From Diplonema japonicum (lineage: Eukaryota > Protista > Euglenozoa: Diplonemea): a stretch of 64,000 nt of DNA. The stretch lies in assembly GCA_964019335.1 (NCBI GenBank), contig OZ025698.1:1-64000 (forward strand). The letters are read 5' to 3'. The notes under the pieces were generated by a model. It did no database searches. It worked only from the letters and a program-made list of their open reading frames with translations, and had not been told where the DNA came from. How positions within the stretch are numbered: the first letter of the stretch is position 1; each line of letters opens with the position of its first letter. The translations under genes were made by a program, and so were the position numbers. Positions 48,037 to 61,824 of the stretch are shown here, piece after piece.

Positions 48037-48999
48037 CTTTGATTGCGATTATTTTGATTAATTCCAACCCAAATTACCAGCCCCTTTTTTTAAAAAAAGA
48101 CACGGATATTCCGAAACACCAAATCAACTCACGTGCTGGGGCCGCACTTCACGCAAGATCGCTGCACGGCTTTGAGCTGTAACAATTGTTCTGTCTTAGG
48201 ATTACGTTTCAAGAAGAAATCATCAAATTGACCACCCTGATGAGAGGAAATAATAAGATTGGTCATCGCATTCATGTCGAAGGCTTCTAGACTTTTGCAC
48301 CCTGATAGCTTTGAACCTTGTCATCTTTTTCTTTTCTTTTTCTCTCTTTGGGCTACTGCGGGTACCTGAAATGTTTAATGGGAGAAAAAGAAAAAAGAAT
48401 AACAGTAACAACCTTAAAAAGAAGCAGGATAAAATACAGCATCTTCCTCTCCGAAATTCTTCGCTTTACAGTAATCAAAAAAGAACATTTTTCCTACTTC
48501 TAACCTGCACCGTACCACACAACCTATTGGCGCACCTGCAACGACTACACAGCCATCGCCCCCGTGTCAAGAAAATGGGCTAAACACGTACCTTGGTGTG
48601 AGCTTTAAGGTTGTCTTCTTTCCCCTAAAAATAAAAGAAAACAATTTAACACTCGCTGATAAAGGGAAGCCCGCCCAGATCGAATTGAGGTCGTTTCTTT
48701 TTTTTTCTTTTTCTTTTCTTTTACTCAAATCCAAAGCAATGGTGAAAAACCTGGAAAACAAAAAGAAAAACCCCCCCAAAAAAAAACAAAACCAAAAAAA
48801 AGCTTTAAAAAATGCCAAAAGTTCGTTCTGTTCACTTCTTGCTCTGAAGACAGGGAAAATGGATAAGACGGGAAAGAAGGGGAAAATGGCAAAAAGCGGG
48901 CCTTAAGAGCAGGAGTCCTTATCTACAAGTCTTGGGTTACGTTCTTCCTCCTCCCGGGGGAGAGGAGGGTCACACAATGTCTCCTTCTTCTTATTCTGT

Positions 49000-50224
49000 A
49001 TGCTTACCCCCGGTGGCACCTGATCCTTCAAGAAAAGTATCAGTGCCTCCTCTCAAAACGATGGTTCTTAGTTCTTCGCAACTTGACAAGAAGCCATCAC
49101 CAACGGAATTAAGATTGGTCATCCCATTTAAGTCGATGGTTCTAGCTTTCTGCACTCTGACAAGAAATCATCACCAATGTAATCAATATTCGTTAATCTT
49201 TTATTCCCTGTACTATTATTTTACATTTGAAGAAGCGCATTCAATTTGAAAAAAAAAAGGGGGGATCACCAATGTAATAAAGATTGGTCATCGAATTCAA
49301 GTCAATGGTTTCCAATTTGCACTCAGTCAAAAAGGAGGCACCAATGGAATAAATAATTGTTAGTGATCATCCCTGTCGTCGGCGGGTCCTCTTACCCACT
49401 ACCTGTAAACGCAAGGTCTGGACCAAAGCTTGGTTGGCTATTATGCGCTGCAATGCGGTTTCGTCCCTCTCCACCGGACCGCGGAACTAACAAGAGGCCT
49501 TGTGAAGGCCTAGGGACTCATCAGCGATGAAGCCACCTCTCGAGAGTTCAAAGTACACCTTTTTAAGGTGAAAATAGGATGAAATGAAAAAAGGACATAC
49601 AATGAAGCTCGATTGGTGACTCACAAGACACGACAAGGATGTTTGCCATACCTTATCTTTCGTCGTCGTCCTTGTCTTGCGGCCCTAAGGCACCAATGAA
49701 AGCTTGGTCATGTGATTCAAGCTGATGGTTTCCAGTTCGGTGCACCCATATAAAAAGTAATTATGAATAGAAACATTGGGGAGGATGAGATCAACGTCAG
49801 GTGGCTGCAATTTTGAAGAAACGAAGATAGTATACTTGTAACACAGCCTGTGGAGTCGGTGACAACGAGGAACCGAAGTCCAGAAGGAAGGTCCGTCTTG
49901 CTCATGAACAAGAAAACGACAGCTGGTGAGCTCCCCACCTCAACCACCGAACCAGCTCAGGGTCAGCTGACACAAGACCCTCAAGCTCCGAAAGCACTCC
50001 TGAGTTCTTGTCCTTCAGGTCTTCCAGATGAACGGTTCTCATCTTCGCCTCCACATGGACCACGGAGCCCTCCGCAAGCCCAAGTTCCTGAAGCTCTTCA
50101 CCCCCGTTCTTGTCCAGGGCCTTTCCCTCCCAAACCAGTTTGAACTAGCCTTCGAGTAAACCAGCAGCACACCCATCGTCATATCGCTCACCTCTTCATC
50201 TGATCTCTTTCTCTTTCCATTCAT
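49000..50224 (-). pseudogene. Decayed Ubl-LRR copy (subfamily of 50974-51825) interrupted by an insertion
   Basis: LPSGLRFLVVTDSTGCVT shared; frameshifts. Confidence 0.75.
49347..49687 (-). mobile_element. Short insertion with 11-bp TSD carrying a hammerhead-like core
   Basis: AGGCACCAATG at 49336-49346 and 49688-49698; minus strand CTGATGA-GTCCCT...AGGGAC-GAAAC. Confidence 0.6.
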
Positions 50225-50973
50225 GTTTTTTTTAGTTTCGTTCTCCCCCCCCCCCCCCCCACACCCTTTTTGCTTTGTTTCTTATTTTCCCTGTGTCAAA
50301 TGATGATGAAAGAAGAAGAAGAAGAAGAAGAAGAGATTCTCTGCTGAGAAGATGATCCTCTTGAAAATAAAACCCACGTCAACTACTTATCACACTGCTC
50401 GAACATAAGGGAACGCAGCAGCATCATCTTCGTATGTGTGTGTATGAGTGTGCAGGCGTTGGTACCTGTTGTTACCTCGTTTCTTTATGCAAACAAAAGG
50501 GGAACGTTGGCAGCCTGTTTCGGGTTGACAGACTTCTCCAGGTCTTACCCGGCACGTACAAACAACGGCTAGTTCCTCTTTTAATTTAAACCCAAAGCAA
50601 ATGAAAAACCAAAAAACAAAAAGGTCTCTTTTTTAAATTCCACTTCTTTTTCGACTTGCTAAGGCCGCGCTCACCATGACCGTGCTGGTGTTCTCATTTC
50701 ACAAGCTTTGCTGGTTGTTTTGGCACTTGGCTCTAAAAGAAAAAAAGGCCACAAACTCGTTTTGCTGTTCTCTATTTCTCCTTTTTCTCTTTTTTCTTCT
50801 GTTTTATTTTGTTTCCTCCATTTGGAGGACCTTACACGAACTGCAAAGTAAAAAGAAAATGGCCCCCACCCCGTCCTTCCTACACTTCTTGCACTCTGAA
50901 AACAGATGGAGGAAAGTAAAACATAAGGTCATCTGATTTCAAGGTGTAGAGAGTGTACAAGATGTCTTTCCTT

Positions 50974-51825
50974 TTATTTCCGTATACCTACCCACGGTGG
51001 CACCTTAGCCTTTAAAAGCCTATTAAAAGTATCAGTGTCTCCTCTTAAAACGATGGTTTCCAATTTGTTGCACCCATCCAAGAAGAAATCACCAATGGAA
51101 TTAAGATTGGCCATCGCATTCAAGTCGATGGTTTTTAGTTTTTTGCACCTAAATAAGAAGTTATGACCAATAAAAGAAAGATTGGCCATCGCGTTCAAGT
51201 CGATAGTTTCTAGTTCTGTGCACCCTGACAAGAAGAAAAAACCAACGGAAGAAAGATTGGTCATCGAATTCAGGTTGATGGTTTCTAACTTTTCGCAATC
51301 TCTTAAAAAGTAATCATCAATAGTAGAAACATTGGGGAGGATGAGATCAACAGACGTCAGGTGGTAGCAATATTGAAGAAACGCTGCGCCTATCCTTGTA
51401 ACACAGCCTGTGGAGTCGGTGACAACGAGGAACCGAAGTCCAGAAGGAAGGTTCCACCCGTTCATGGACAAGACTTCGACAGCTGGCGAGTTCCCCACTT
51501 CAACCACCAGAACCAGCTCAGGGTCAGCTGACACAAGACCCTCAAGCTCCGAAATCACTTCTGAGCCAAGATCCTTCAGCTGAACGGTTCTCCTCTTGTT
51601 TGCCTCCACATGGACCACGGAGCCCTCCACGAGCCCAAGTTCCTGAAGCTATTCACCCCCGTTCCTTTCCAGGACTTCTCCCTCCCAAACTAGTTTGAAC
51701 CTGCCTTCGAGTAAACCAGCAGCACACCCAGCCTTCTTGTATAGGTTCCCCACCGTCTCCTTCCCAGACACTTCCACATCGTGAACCCCGCCTCCTGTCT
51801 TCACGAACACTGTCATATCGTTCAT
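50974..51825 (-). pseudogene. Ubl-LRR gene with one in-frame TAG (51649-51651)
   Basis: MNDMTVFVKTGGGVHDVEV.. is in frame with the LRR ORF; paralogue near 50095 has GAG at this codon. Confidence 0.8.
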
Positions 51826-53631
51826 TTCTTTTTCTTCTTTTTGTTGTGTTTCTGTTCTGTGCCTCTCAAGCCCTGTCTTTGAAAGTGATCTTGCAAACGA
51901 GGAAATATAAATAAACGAAAAATTACCGGAAGGAAAAATATCCGGACTTGTTTTATATTTTCTATGAAAAGTAGAAACATTGGGGAGGATGAGTTCAACA
52001 GATCAGGTGGTTGCACTTCTGAAGAAACCCAGCGCCGTAAACTTTTATGGAGACACGAAACATGTAAAGCAGAGAGGTAGCAACTAGAGAGGAAAATTCG
52101 TGTTAAAAAGTTGTGTCTCCATGTGCCCGTCTTCGCACGTCTCAGGTGTGTTTCTGCACAAATTGTGCAATTTGTTATCGTTACAGTAAAAAGTAGGATA
52201 AGGCCGTAAATAAAGGACCCCATTTCCAGTCACCTTCTCAAGGGATTGGACTGTTCTGAGGTCAAACAGTTATTTTTGGACATTTAAAAAGTATGAACTG
52301 CTCAGAAGCAGCTTGAGAAATTGCTTGAACAGCACCGTAGTGCTGACAAGCGGGTAATTGGGTAGTTTTCAACCAGCAATCTCACCATGGCATCCCTGTT
52401 AGGTCATTGCCTATGGCTTCTTCCCGAGCGCAAGGATGCCCTCCGAGAACAAAGGAAATGGCAAATCGCGTTTAAAACACCAACCTTTTTTCTACCCGTG
52501 TTATGTAGCAGCTTAGAAAAAGGGGGAAATAGCAAAAAAGAATTAGTCCGCATGAAACGGAACCGGCAGTCCTTTTTCGAGGTTAGGAAAGGAAAGGAAG
52601 GGTCTACTGGGACTGCTCAGAAAGTACTTAGGAGAGGTTCCCGAGTCAGTGGGGCTCCAGATGATGCATGCATGAGGGAACAGCGCTTTGTTCGCTGCAT
52701 CGTAAGCAGAGGGTAAAAGCCTGTTCTTACAACACGAGCAGTCCGTGGTGGCAGGAACGTCTGGAGACGAGGACTCTCTTTAGTGCTGGTGCGGATATTC
52801 TAGAGAAAACTAACGAATGCACGAGGATTATTTTCCAGAAAGCGAAGGTTGAACTAAAAACAAGCCGAACAGAAGACAGGGAAGCACACTCTTAATCATG
52901 ATGGAAGCGTACCGGACTGTTTTCTTGCCCCAAACGGCATCCTTTCCTACGGAGTGCTTAGACGCACGTTTATGACTGGGAGTATGACCACCCCTCTACA
53001 TAACGTTGCAAGGCGCAGGTACTGTTCACGTGCGGAACTGCTTGGTCTCGTGCTCCCTTTGTTAAAATTACAAGTAATCCTCGATTACTGTAGGAATGCA
53101 TACTGGAACGTGCGAAGAGGCGGACATGACGCACTGTGAGCGTGCAGATGCACCTATGTGTAATGATGAACGATATTTACTTTTAATAGGTGGTGGGGAT
53201 AACATGAAAATATAAGAAAAACATCAGATGTGTTGTTCGCTGTTGACCTCCTCGTCGGTCATCACCGGTAGCGCCCGAGTGGAAGAACATAATGCAGATG
53301 CTCAGGGTGACGAACAGGCAGCAAACTGCACGAGCGCAGAATCTTGGTTACCCGGGACGCACCGGCTGGGGTTGAGCTGTACACTGCACGCATTAAGGAC
53401 ACGACGCGGAACGCAGAAGAAGCTACAACTCGGCCGCGGCGCGCCCCCTGTAATCAAGTAGACAGTTCTTGTGCAGGGCGCCGCCAACACCGGCCACGTG
53501 TACGGCTTCAGAACGACCCAGGAACCACCACTGGGAGGTCGGAAACACCTATCTTTTTTACCCCCACTGGACATGGGCCTTACCCATGAAGGTCAAATGC
53601 GACATGTTTGACTGTGAAAAAAAAAGGAAAA

Positions 53632-53737
53632 AAAAAGGTGATACTTTCTCGATTAATGCGTGTCATCCTTGCGCAGGGACCATGCTAATCTTCTCTGTAT
53701 CGATCCAATTTTAACGGATGTTCCATTTCTGGACTCC
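53632..53737 (-). ncRNA. U6: U6 spliceosomal snRNA
   Basis: GGAGTCCAGAAATGGAACATCC 5' hairpin, ACAGAGAAGATTAGC, ISL GGTCCCTGCGCAAGGATGAC, oligo-T terminator. Confidence 0.96.
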
Positions 53738-53899
53738 AACAGACACTTGACGGTCTAAGGTAGGTTTCTGCTCTGTGAGCCACCCAGAAAAAGAACCATG
53801 TACAGTGGGAACCGAACAGAGAGGCTTTCTATCAATGACATCAATTTTTATCAACATACGGATACACGAACGAAATATGTTCATTTAAATCACACTTAA

Positions 53900-56800
53900 C
53901 CCATAACACTCCGGGGCCTATCTACATAGGGGTCCCTTTTTTGCTCCTTTTCATAATTTGACGGGGAAAATGGCAGCATTTAACCCCCGTTTGCAGGTAA
54001 AACGGGTTTTTTGGACCAGGAAAATTTAAAAAAAAGCTCAAAAATTAATAAAAATACAAAGGGGATGAAGAGTTGAATGGCCGTAGGGTGCTCAAAAACG
54101 ACCATGTCAAAATGAGTTGTGCACGGGGGGGTGTAAATTGAGCATTTTGGGACAAAAAAAGCAGCATCAGGACCCCTCAGATGTCTCAGACCGAGAGAAG
54201 TGCCTATTTGCGGGTGGAATATCGGCCTCGAAATCGTCAAGAAGCCTTTTTGGGGTGATGGAAGAGTGGTACGAAAAAAGCACTTATTTGGACAGAGGTG
54301 TTGGTTACAGGTGTAGCATTTGTAGATTGTGCGTTTTGTGTCATCCTTTCAACCTGCAGAACCTGGAGTTGCCCCCTTTGAGTGGTTGGTGGTCACGTTT
54401 GGTGTAATCTGGGGTGTCGGGTGTGTGTGCTCCACTAGTTGGGTGCCGGGAGTGGTGTTTTTGCAACGCTGGACCCATCATTTAGGCTCTCTCGAAAGCG
54501 CTCTTTAAAAGCAGCCAGGGTTTGGTATCTCTTTGGCTGAACCCTAACCATATTTTATTTAAAGTGCAAGGCAGTTAACTATTGTCACTTCTAGGGCCCA
54601 CCAGAAGAGACCGCAACACTCCAACGAAATGCAAGCCCCCTCACAGTTTTTTCACAGGCTTCGGCCAGACCCACAGTCGAAAAGTAGTTATTGCAAACTA
54701 CCGTGCCGTCGTTCCCCGAAAATTCCCCGTCAACCCTTGGTAAACGTTCTTCTTCTTTCAATCGATTGTTATATGTACTTATAAAATGTAAAATATAGCG
54801 CGCATTCGACGACACTGATCAAGCGACTGGCACCTTCCGAAGAAGGGCCTCCCACGTCCGCCGGGTTGAGCAGAGGATGCCCCGGGGCGGCCGTTCCAGT
54901 CTGATCATGTCGCACTATAATATATGTTCTCATCTCCAAGGAGAAAAGAGGTTTTTTGCCCTCGTAGCTCGCCGGGCCAGCTCTCTTACTTGCGTAAGGT
55001 CTTCGTGGTTCTTGGGGGGTGGCGCTGTCCCACATTATGCCACTGCAGCGTGGTGAAGAAAAGCCAGTCAGTGGCCACGAAGTAGTGATCCTTCAAGGCT
55101 CTCATATCTCCGTGCCGCGTGAACTGCTGCCGTCTCTCGACGTCCCCCTTCGCCTTACAGCCTTCCGAGTCATACCTGGCCATGATCCACGTCTTGTCAA
55201 AGTCCAGGATGAGGGCGAACCGGACAAACTTCATGTGAATCCCGAGTTCCTTCGCGGTTTTAGGCTCTTCGCCGAGCACGTGTTTGCAGACCCGTATCAT
55301 GGCTTCTGGCGTCCACTCCCCTTCCGCTTCGACGATCCCGGCCGTCGCCAGTTTCGTGTGGGAGAGCTTATCTTCCAGACCCGCTCGATGTTCTTCAGCC
55401 AGGGCGTGAACGGCGGCCTTGCCCGACCGTCGGTTCGCCCTGAGGAGGTCCAAGCGGTCTTTCTTCTTTGCGGGCTCCGCTTGTCCGTCGCACAACTGCC
55501 CGCGCTTCGCGCTCTTGGACCGCCATTTGACGAGCAGAGGTGGCTCTGGTGCACGATCTGTGCTGGTCCTTACCAGCTTGGTGTCGTGGCCAAGGTACAC
55601 GTCCGGGCATGCGCCTCCCTTTCGCTTCTTCTTGTGGTGGCTTGCGAGGGGCGGGGCCGGGGCTGGGGCTGAGTGTGGGGCCAGGGCTTCGTCGCCGTCG
55701 TGGGTAGTGAGGCATGCCAGTTCCAGCTCCTCCGTCCGTGGCGCAGGTTCCGCCGTTTCCGATGGCGGGGTCGAGGTCGGGGCAGAGACTTTGTCGTCGT
55801 CGTCGCCAGTCAGGTCTATGACCACCTTCAGATTTCTCTGTGCCTCATCGGTCCCCCGTGGGGCAGGTCTCGCTGACTGAGGATGGGGGTCGTCGTCTGT
55901 TTGCGTCGACTCTGTGGGTGGTGGCTCCAGCATGTACATGTCCCCCTGTGGGGGAGGAGGAGGTTCCGTCGCAGCAGTCAAATCCGCGGGTGGCTCCAGC
56001 ATGTACATGTCTCTGCTGTGCTGTGTCAGCTCCGGCAAGTACAGGTCGTCTGTAGCCGACAGACCGGCCAGGGGTGAGAATCGTTCTGGGGTGCGAGGGA
56101 AACACGCGGTCGTTGCGCTGTGTGCGCGTCTCGGTTGTGATCCGGGGCTTGACGTGCGACCTCTCGTGATGCCCCCACGACCTCGTTGGTGCCCCGGGAC
56201 ATCGGACCACAGCAGACTCTGATGGACAGTCGTCGTTGTTCGCGTAAAAGAAGAAGAAGCAGAAAAAGAAGGAGGAGAAGTAGAAGTGCCCCGTCCTAAC
56301 GCAGTCCTGCTACTGCTTTGCATCTGTCGTTGCGACATCGTCGTCAGAGCTAACGGCACCCAGGGCTCCGCTGTCGTCAAGAGGGGTGGTGGGGCGACCG
56401 CCTCCGTTGAGGGCTCGGGTTGCACCCATGTCGTCGATCCATGCTGCCCCAGAGGTTCAGACAGGTCCATCTGCACGGGGACTGGGTCTGTAACGGGGAG
56501 GGCATCAACTTCGGGTAACGGGTCCGAGGCGAGGACCGGGTCAGACGCGGGGACCGGGTCTCTGGTGGAGGCTGCGCCTGGTGTTGGAACCGGGTCTGCG
56601 GAGGGGATCAGACTAGAAGCGTGGACCGGGCCTGTGGTGGGGACTGCGTCCGTGACAGAGATCGGGCCAGGCGAACTGACTAGGTCCGTGGCGTAGACTG
56701 GGCCAGTTGTGGGCACTGGGTCGTCAGGGACTATCGAGACCGGGCCAGATGCGGGGACCGGATCCGTGACGGGGACCGGGTCAGCGACTGGGCTGGCTGC

Positions 56801-59035
56801 GGGGACCGGGTCTGTGATGGGGGCCGTGTCTCCAACCGGGTTGGTTGTGGGGGCCGGGTCCGTGACAGGGACCGGGTTAGCCGCGGGGACCGGGTCTGTG
56901 ACGGGGACCGGGTCAGCGACTGGGCTGGTTGCGGGGACTGGATCTGTGGCAGGGGCCGTGTCTGCGACCGGGTTAGCCGTGGAGACCGGGTCTGCGGTGC
57001 GGACCGGGTCAGCGACTGGGTTACTTGTAGGGACCGAGTCAACGACCAAACTGGTTTCGGGGATCGCGTCTGTGATGTGGGTCGTGTCTGCGACCGGGCC
57101 AGATGCGGGGACCGGGTCTGTGACGGGGACCGGGTCAGCGACTGGGCTGGTTGCGGGGACTGGATTTGTGGCAGGGGCCGTGTCTGCGACCGGGTTAGTC
57201 GTGGAGACCGGGTCTGTGGTGAGGACCGGGTCAGCGACTGGGTTACTTGCAGGGACCGGGTCAACGACCAAACTGGTTTCGGGGATCGCGTCTGTGATGT
57301 GGGTCGTGTCTGCGACCGGGCCAGATGCGGGGACCGGGTCCGTGACGGGGACCGGGTCAGCGACTGGGCTGGTTGTGGGGACCGGGTCTGCGACGGGGGC
57401 CGTGTCTGTGACGGGGACCGGGTCCGTGATCGGCTAGCTGCGGTAACTGGGTCTGTGATGAGGACCGGGTCAGCGATTGGGCTAGTCGCGGGGACCGGGT
57501 TCGTGACGGGGGCCGTGTTCGCGACCGGTTTAGTCGCGGGGACCGAGTCCGCGACCGGATTAGCCGTTGGGGCCGGGTCCGTGACGGAGATCGGGCCAGA
57601 TGTATGGACCGGGTCTGCAACGGGGGTCGGGTCAATGCTGTGGACCGGATTGGCGTCTGAGTCCGGACCAGGTGAAGGGACCGGGTCATCATTGGGGGTG
57701 AGGCTAGCTGCAGGGGTCTGGCTCAAACAGGGGCCTGAAACCGGTGGCATTACCTCGTCCTGCGCTCCCTTGATGCAAGCGTGGACGTCGAACGCTTTTG
57801 GTCCGCCGCCGTTCTGCTCCCTTATGGTCCTTGCTCTGGCCCAGCTTTCTTCGGTGATACCCAGGATGTTCTGTTCGTCATACATACGTAGGACCTGCCT
57901 CAGTCCATTGACACGGTGTTCTTCCTTGTCTGTGTCCATCACGGTGTACCACGACCTGCCGGTTTTGATGGCTGTAGTCCAGTGGCCCGTCCTGGAGCCT
58001 TTCGGCGGGCCGATTACCAGAACTGGGTACCGTCCGCTCTTGACCACGCTCTGCAGCGAGGCCTCTTCGCCAAGGATCACAAAATTCCCCGTCAACCCCA
58101 GCACCACCTTTTCCACGACACTGAAATCTTCAAGTGCGTGCCCCTCGATTTTGGTGGCGTGGACGCGAAAACGCGAAAGACAACCCGTGCTCACGCAGTT
58201 TAGGCAGTATATTTTTATGCCATATCTCTTACGCTTGAGAGGACAGTAGACCCCAAGCCCCCCCAATTGCCCCGTGACGGTACGAGTGTCTCGTCAATGC
58301 TTAAATATTTTCCTGGCACTGCTGTTTTTGCCCACTTGTTACCAATTCTGCCCAGAAACCCTCGTGTCTTCCACAACACATCACCGTTTGACTCTTCTGT
58401 GTGAGTGAAGTGGAGGCTACTTTTAATTTCCTGGTAGCGTCTCCTGGGCTTCGTGTTACTGAAAAGGGGGATTTTCATGGGTCCTGTGGACCAATACGTT
58501 TGCTAATTCTGGGCACGCCGCAAACCCATTATAATGCTCAATCCGAGAAAGCGGTGGAGTCCTGGGTCGAAATCTTATCAATCTCAGCGTCCTTATGCTT
58601 GTTTGTCTCTTCTTGGATGACGTCTGTGAACTTCTTATCAAAAAACCGAAGGAATAATCATCGTCAGGTTTCTGCGTACCACGGGACAGCTTTTTCCCCC
58701 CCCACTGGCCTATTTTATGGTCTCTATGGGTACCAACTCCCTTACCCATGAAGGTTGGACCTCGTCCGTAGCTGTTTTGGCTTTACCTTTGCGTTTTTTG
58801 GACACAGTCTGCACACCCGTTATTTTGCGTTTTTTCGCCTACCCACTCGGATTTGGGACCCACTTGGTGGGTGGATAACAAGGTAAAGTGATGCAGTGCA
58901 ACATGAATTGCAGTTGAAAATAACTCCTCACTATAGTCGTTCTTGGAGATCCAGGGGTCGTGGGGACGAAAAAGTACTTAGAGAAAAAAACGATTTTTCA
59001 AAACGACAAATATTTGCGCCTTGGAGTGTTATGGG
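53900..59035 (-). mobile_element. piggyBac element with decayed transposase, interrupted by J-B
   Basis: TTAA at 53896-53899 and 59036-59039; TIR CCCATAACACTCC; LSIDETLVP, KRYGIKIYCL, NNYFST. Confidence 0.92.
54737..58080 (-). mobile_element. J-B retroposed element, 5'-truncated within the Josephin-like domain; ORF 58080-54986 with a frameshift near 57431
   Basis: 18-bp TSD AAAATTCCCCGTCAACCC at 54719-54736 and 58081-58098; GHWTTAIKTGRSWYTVMDTD; P/V/A/T/D-rich repeat linker; C-terminal domain homologous to J-A. Confidence 0.9.
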
Positions 59036-59504
59036 TTAAAGAAAAAAAAGTGTCTCGAGTTCCTCTCCTTGGAAGGGGAGGTGGTCGAGAAGGTACAAGA
59101 AATTCTGTATATGGTTTATTGATCATGGATCAGATTGGGTACCAATAAAGTACAGAAACTGTAGCTTTAGAATCGTTGGTTAACCTCCCGAACCTCTTTC
59201 TCCAAACCCAGATAAGGCTTAGAGGGGGAGGAGCAAGGAACCCGCGGTGGTCTGGAGGGAGAAAAGGGAGGGGGGAGGGGATTCTCACCGTGAACAAAGA
59301 GGTACACGGGTTGGAGGCGATCCCGTCCTGGAAGGAAGGAAGGAAGGAAGGAAGGAAGGAAAGAAAGAAAGTCCTTTTCTCCCTCTTCCCTTTTCCCCTT
59401 TTCCTTTTCTCCGTCCCGCTCTTCTTTTTTTCCGACTTCCCTCGCGCGAGCATGTTCAACAATTTGGCCGTCTATCGGACCCTTTGGAGTTCCGTGGCGG
59501 TAAC

Positions 59505-59645
59505 TGAAATGGTTTTAAGTTAGGATGAAGAAGCGAAGAAATAGATAAAAAGGGGTGGGAAAGAATAAATACTGCATACGAAAACAGAGAGTCGAGTAAA
59601 AAAGGGAAAAGGTGACTGACATCCTCAAGAGGAGCCTCCCACGTA
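59505..59645 (-). mobile_element. J-A element, about 140-bp 3'-terminal copy
   Basis: Reverse complement of about 22898-23038 with the same CATTTCA end; no TSD seen. Confidence 0.88.
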
Positions 59646-60093
59646 AAAAACGCAAGCCCCCCCTTTTCCCCTTCTCCTCCGGTAGTTCCTATTATATCAT
59701 TCCTTTTTCTTAATCACGTCATCGGGTGGGGAACTTTCTTTCACACTACTCTGTCGGCGGGCGGGTCTGCTGTGGTGGGGGCAGGATGTCTGCATCCGCA
59801 AAAAACATGTGCTTTTCGGGAAGCGACGAAACCTCGATGCTTTGCAACTTCGGGCACTCAGCCGCACCTTTCCTGGTGCCTCTTCACTGTTGTTTGCGTG
59901 AAGGGTGCTCTTGGTTTCCCGACCCGGTAGTTCGTCTTGGTCGCTCCGCAGTACTTGCAGGTGAACGGTCCCTGTTTTCGTGGGCTTGCCTTTTTCTTCT
60001 TCTTCTTCTTTTTCTCGGCTGGTCGTTTCGGGTCGTATCAAATGGTCTTTGATGCTACTTTCATCGAGCATCTCCCCCTTCGCTGTTGCATTC

Positions 60094-61377
60094 CTAATCG
60101 ATTCCATCGCTAATTGAGATGACGTTGGTGAAGCCTGCCAGATCTACGGTTTGCAATACAGGGCACCTAGACAGGAAGAAACGGCCAATGGTGGTGACGT
60201 TGGAGAAGCCCGTCAGGTTCACTGTTTGCAATCCCGAGCAACCATCCAGGAAGTGATTGCCTATGGTGGTTACGTTAGAGAAGACTGCCAGATCCACGGC
60301 TTGCAATCTCGAGCACTTATTCAGGAATCTACTACCAATGGAGGTAGTGTTGGAGAAGGCTGTTAGATCCACGCTTTGCAATCCCGTGCAATTAGCCAGG
60401 AAGGAATCGCCAATTGAAGTGACGTTGGAGAAGACTGCCAGATCTACGCTTTGCAATCCCCAGCATGAAGTCAGGAAGTTAGCACCAATGGTGGTGACGT
60501 TGGAGAAGGCTGTCAAATCCACTCTTTGCAATCGCGAGCAATCAGCCAGGAAGCAACTGCCAATTGAGATTAAGCTGGGGAAGACTGTCAGATCCACGGT
60601 TTGCAATCTACAGCAATCATGAAGGAAGGAATCACCAATTGAGGTGACGTTGGAGAAAATTGTCAGATCCACGGCGTGCAACCCAGAGCATGAAAACCGG
60701 AGGAGGAAGAAACCGCCAATAGTATTGACGTTGGAGAACGTTGGAAGACTGTCAGATCCACGGTTTGCAATCCCGAGAAATTAGACAGGAAGTCATCGCC
60801 AATTGAGGTGAAGTTGGTGAAGAAGCTCTCATCACCAAAGTTAATGGACGAGAGGTACGACTCGTGAAGGAAGTCGTCCCCAATGGTGTTGAGCTCCAGC
60901 CTCAAATCGAGAGACTCCAAGGTGACATCACAATCAATGCCCCCACAAAGGAAACCATCTCCGATATCCCTGGCACGGTTTGTGGAGTCGGTGACAAGAA
61001 GGAACCGAAGTCCAGAAGGAAGGTCCTGCCAGTCAATGCACACCACCTTGTCTGGCGAGTCCCCAACATCGACTTCAAGAACCTCCTCGGGGTCTGCCGC
61101 CACAAGCCTTTCAAGTACCAGTTTCACTTCAGGACACTCCTTCAACTCAGTCAGCCCAACGATTGTGCCCGGGACCACATCGACAACAGCCCCCTCCACG
61201 AGCCCGATCCCCTAAACATCCTCATCCCCGAACCTGCTCAGCACCTGTTTCTCCCAAACCAGTTTGAACATCCCATTCAGCAAACCAGCAGCACACTCCG
61301 CCTTCTTGTACAGGTCCCCCACTGTCTCCGTCCCAGCCACCTCCACCTTTCGTCTTCACAAACACTGTGAAGCTCAT
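60094..61377 (-). pseudogene. Ubl-LRR gene, third subfamily, disrupted
   Basis: MSFTVFVKT..; TAG at 61212-61214; frameshift near 60700; regular 23-aa FSNVTSIGDSFLxxCxGLQxVDL repeats. Confidence 0.82.
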
Positions 61378-61786
61378 TTTAGCTTCTTTTCCTTTTTTTC
61401 TTTTTTATTCTTCGTGTGGTATCTACCGATTGGGACCGGTGGATTAGAAGGGGCTCGAAAGGAAGGTAAAAGAAAAAGGCCATGTCACATGCAAACTCTG
61501 CGCGAGAGCCGCAGGCCCCTAGAAGGCGCTAATTTGTAAAACGAGGGTAATGAGGGTACTGTAACAGCACGCAACAGATGGACACAGAGGCAGACTCCTT
61601 TTAAGTATGCACAGCTGATGTGCATGTGTGATTCTATTCTCTCTCTCTTTCTTTTTCTTTTTCCCCTCCTTTTTTCTTCTTCTTCAGGAAACAGGGATCG
61701 CATTAAGACGTGTATGGTTTATGCTAATTAACAAATAAATAAAAGAATAAAGCTAGAAGGGAGGAGAAATCGAATAGACATTGGGG

Positions 61787-61824
<38 letters not shown>

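Noticed and set aside
52387-53139. Possible ankyrin pseudogene (TPLHNVA, AGADI)
   Set aside because: Too fragmentary to support.
20746-61214. TAG reassignment suggested by in-frame TAGs at 20746, 51649 and 61212
   Set aside because: They align to different residues (E, likely Q), a paralogue has GAG, TAG ends apparently real ORFs (13962, 22554, 33914), and neighbours are pseudogenes.
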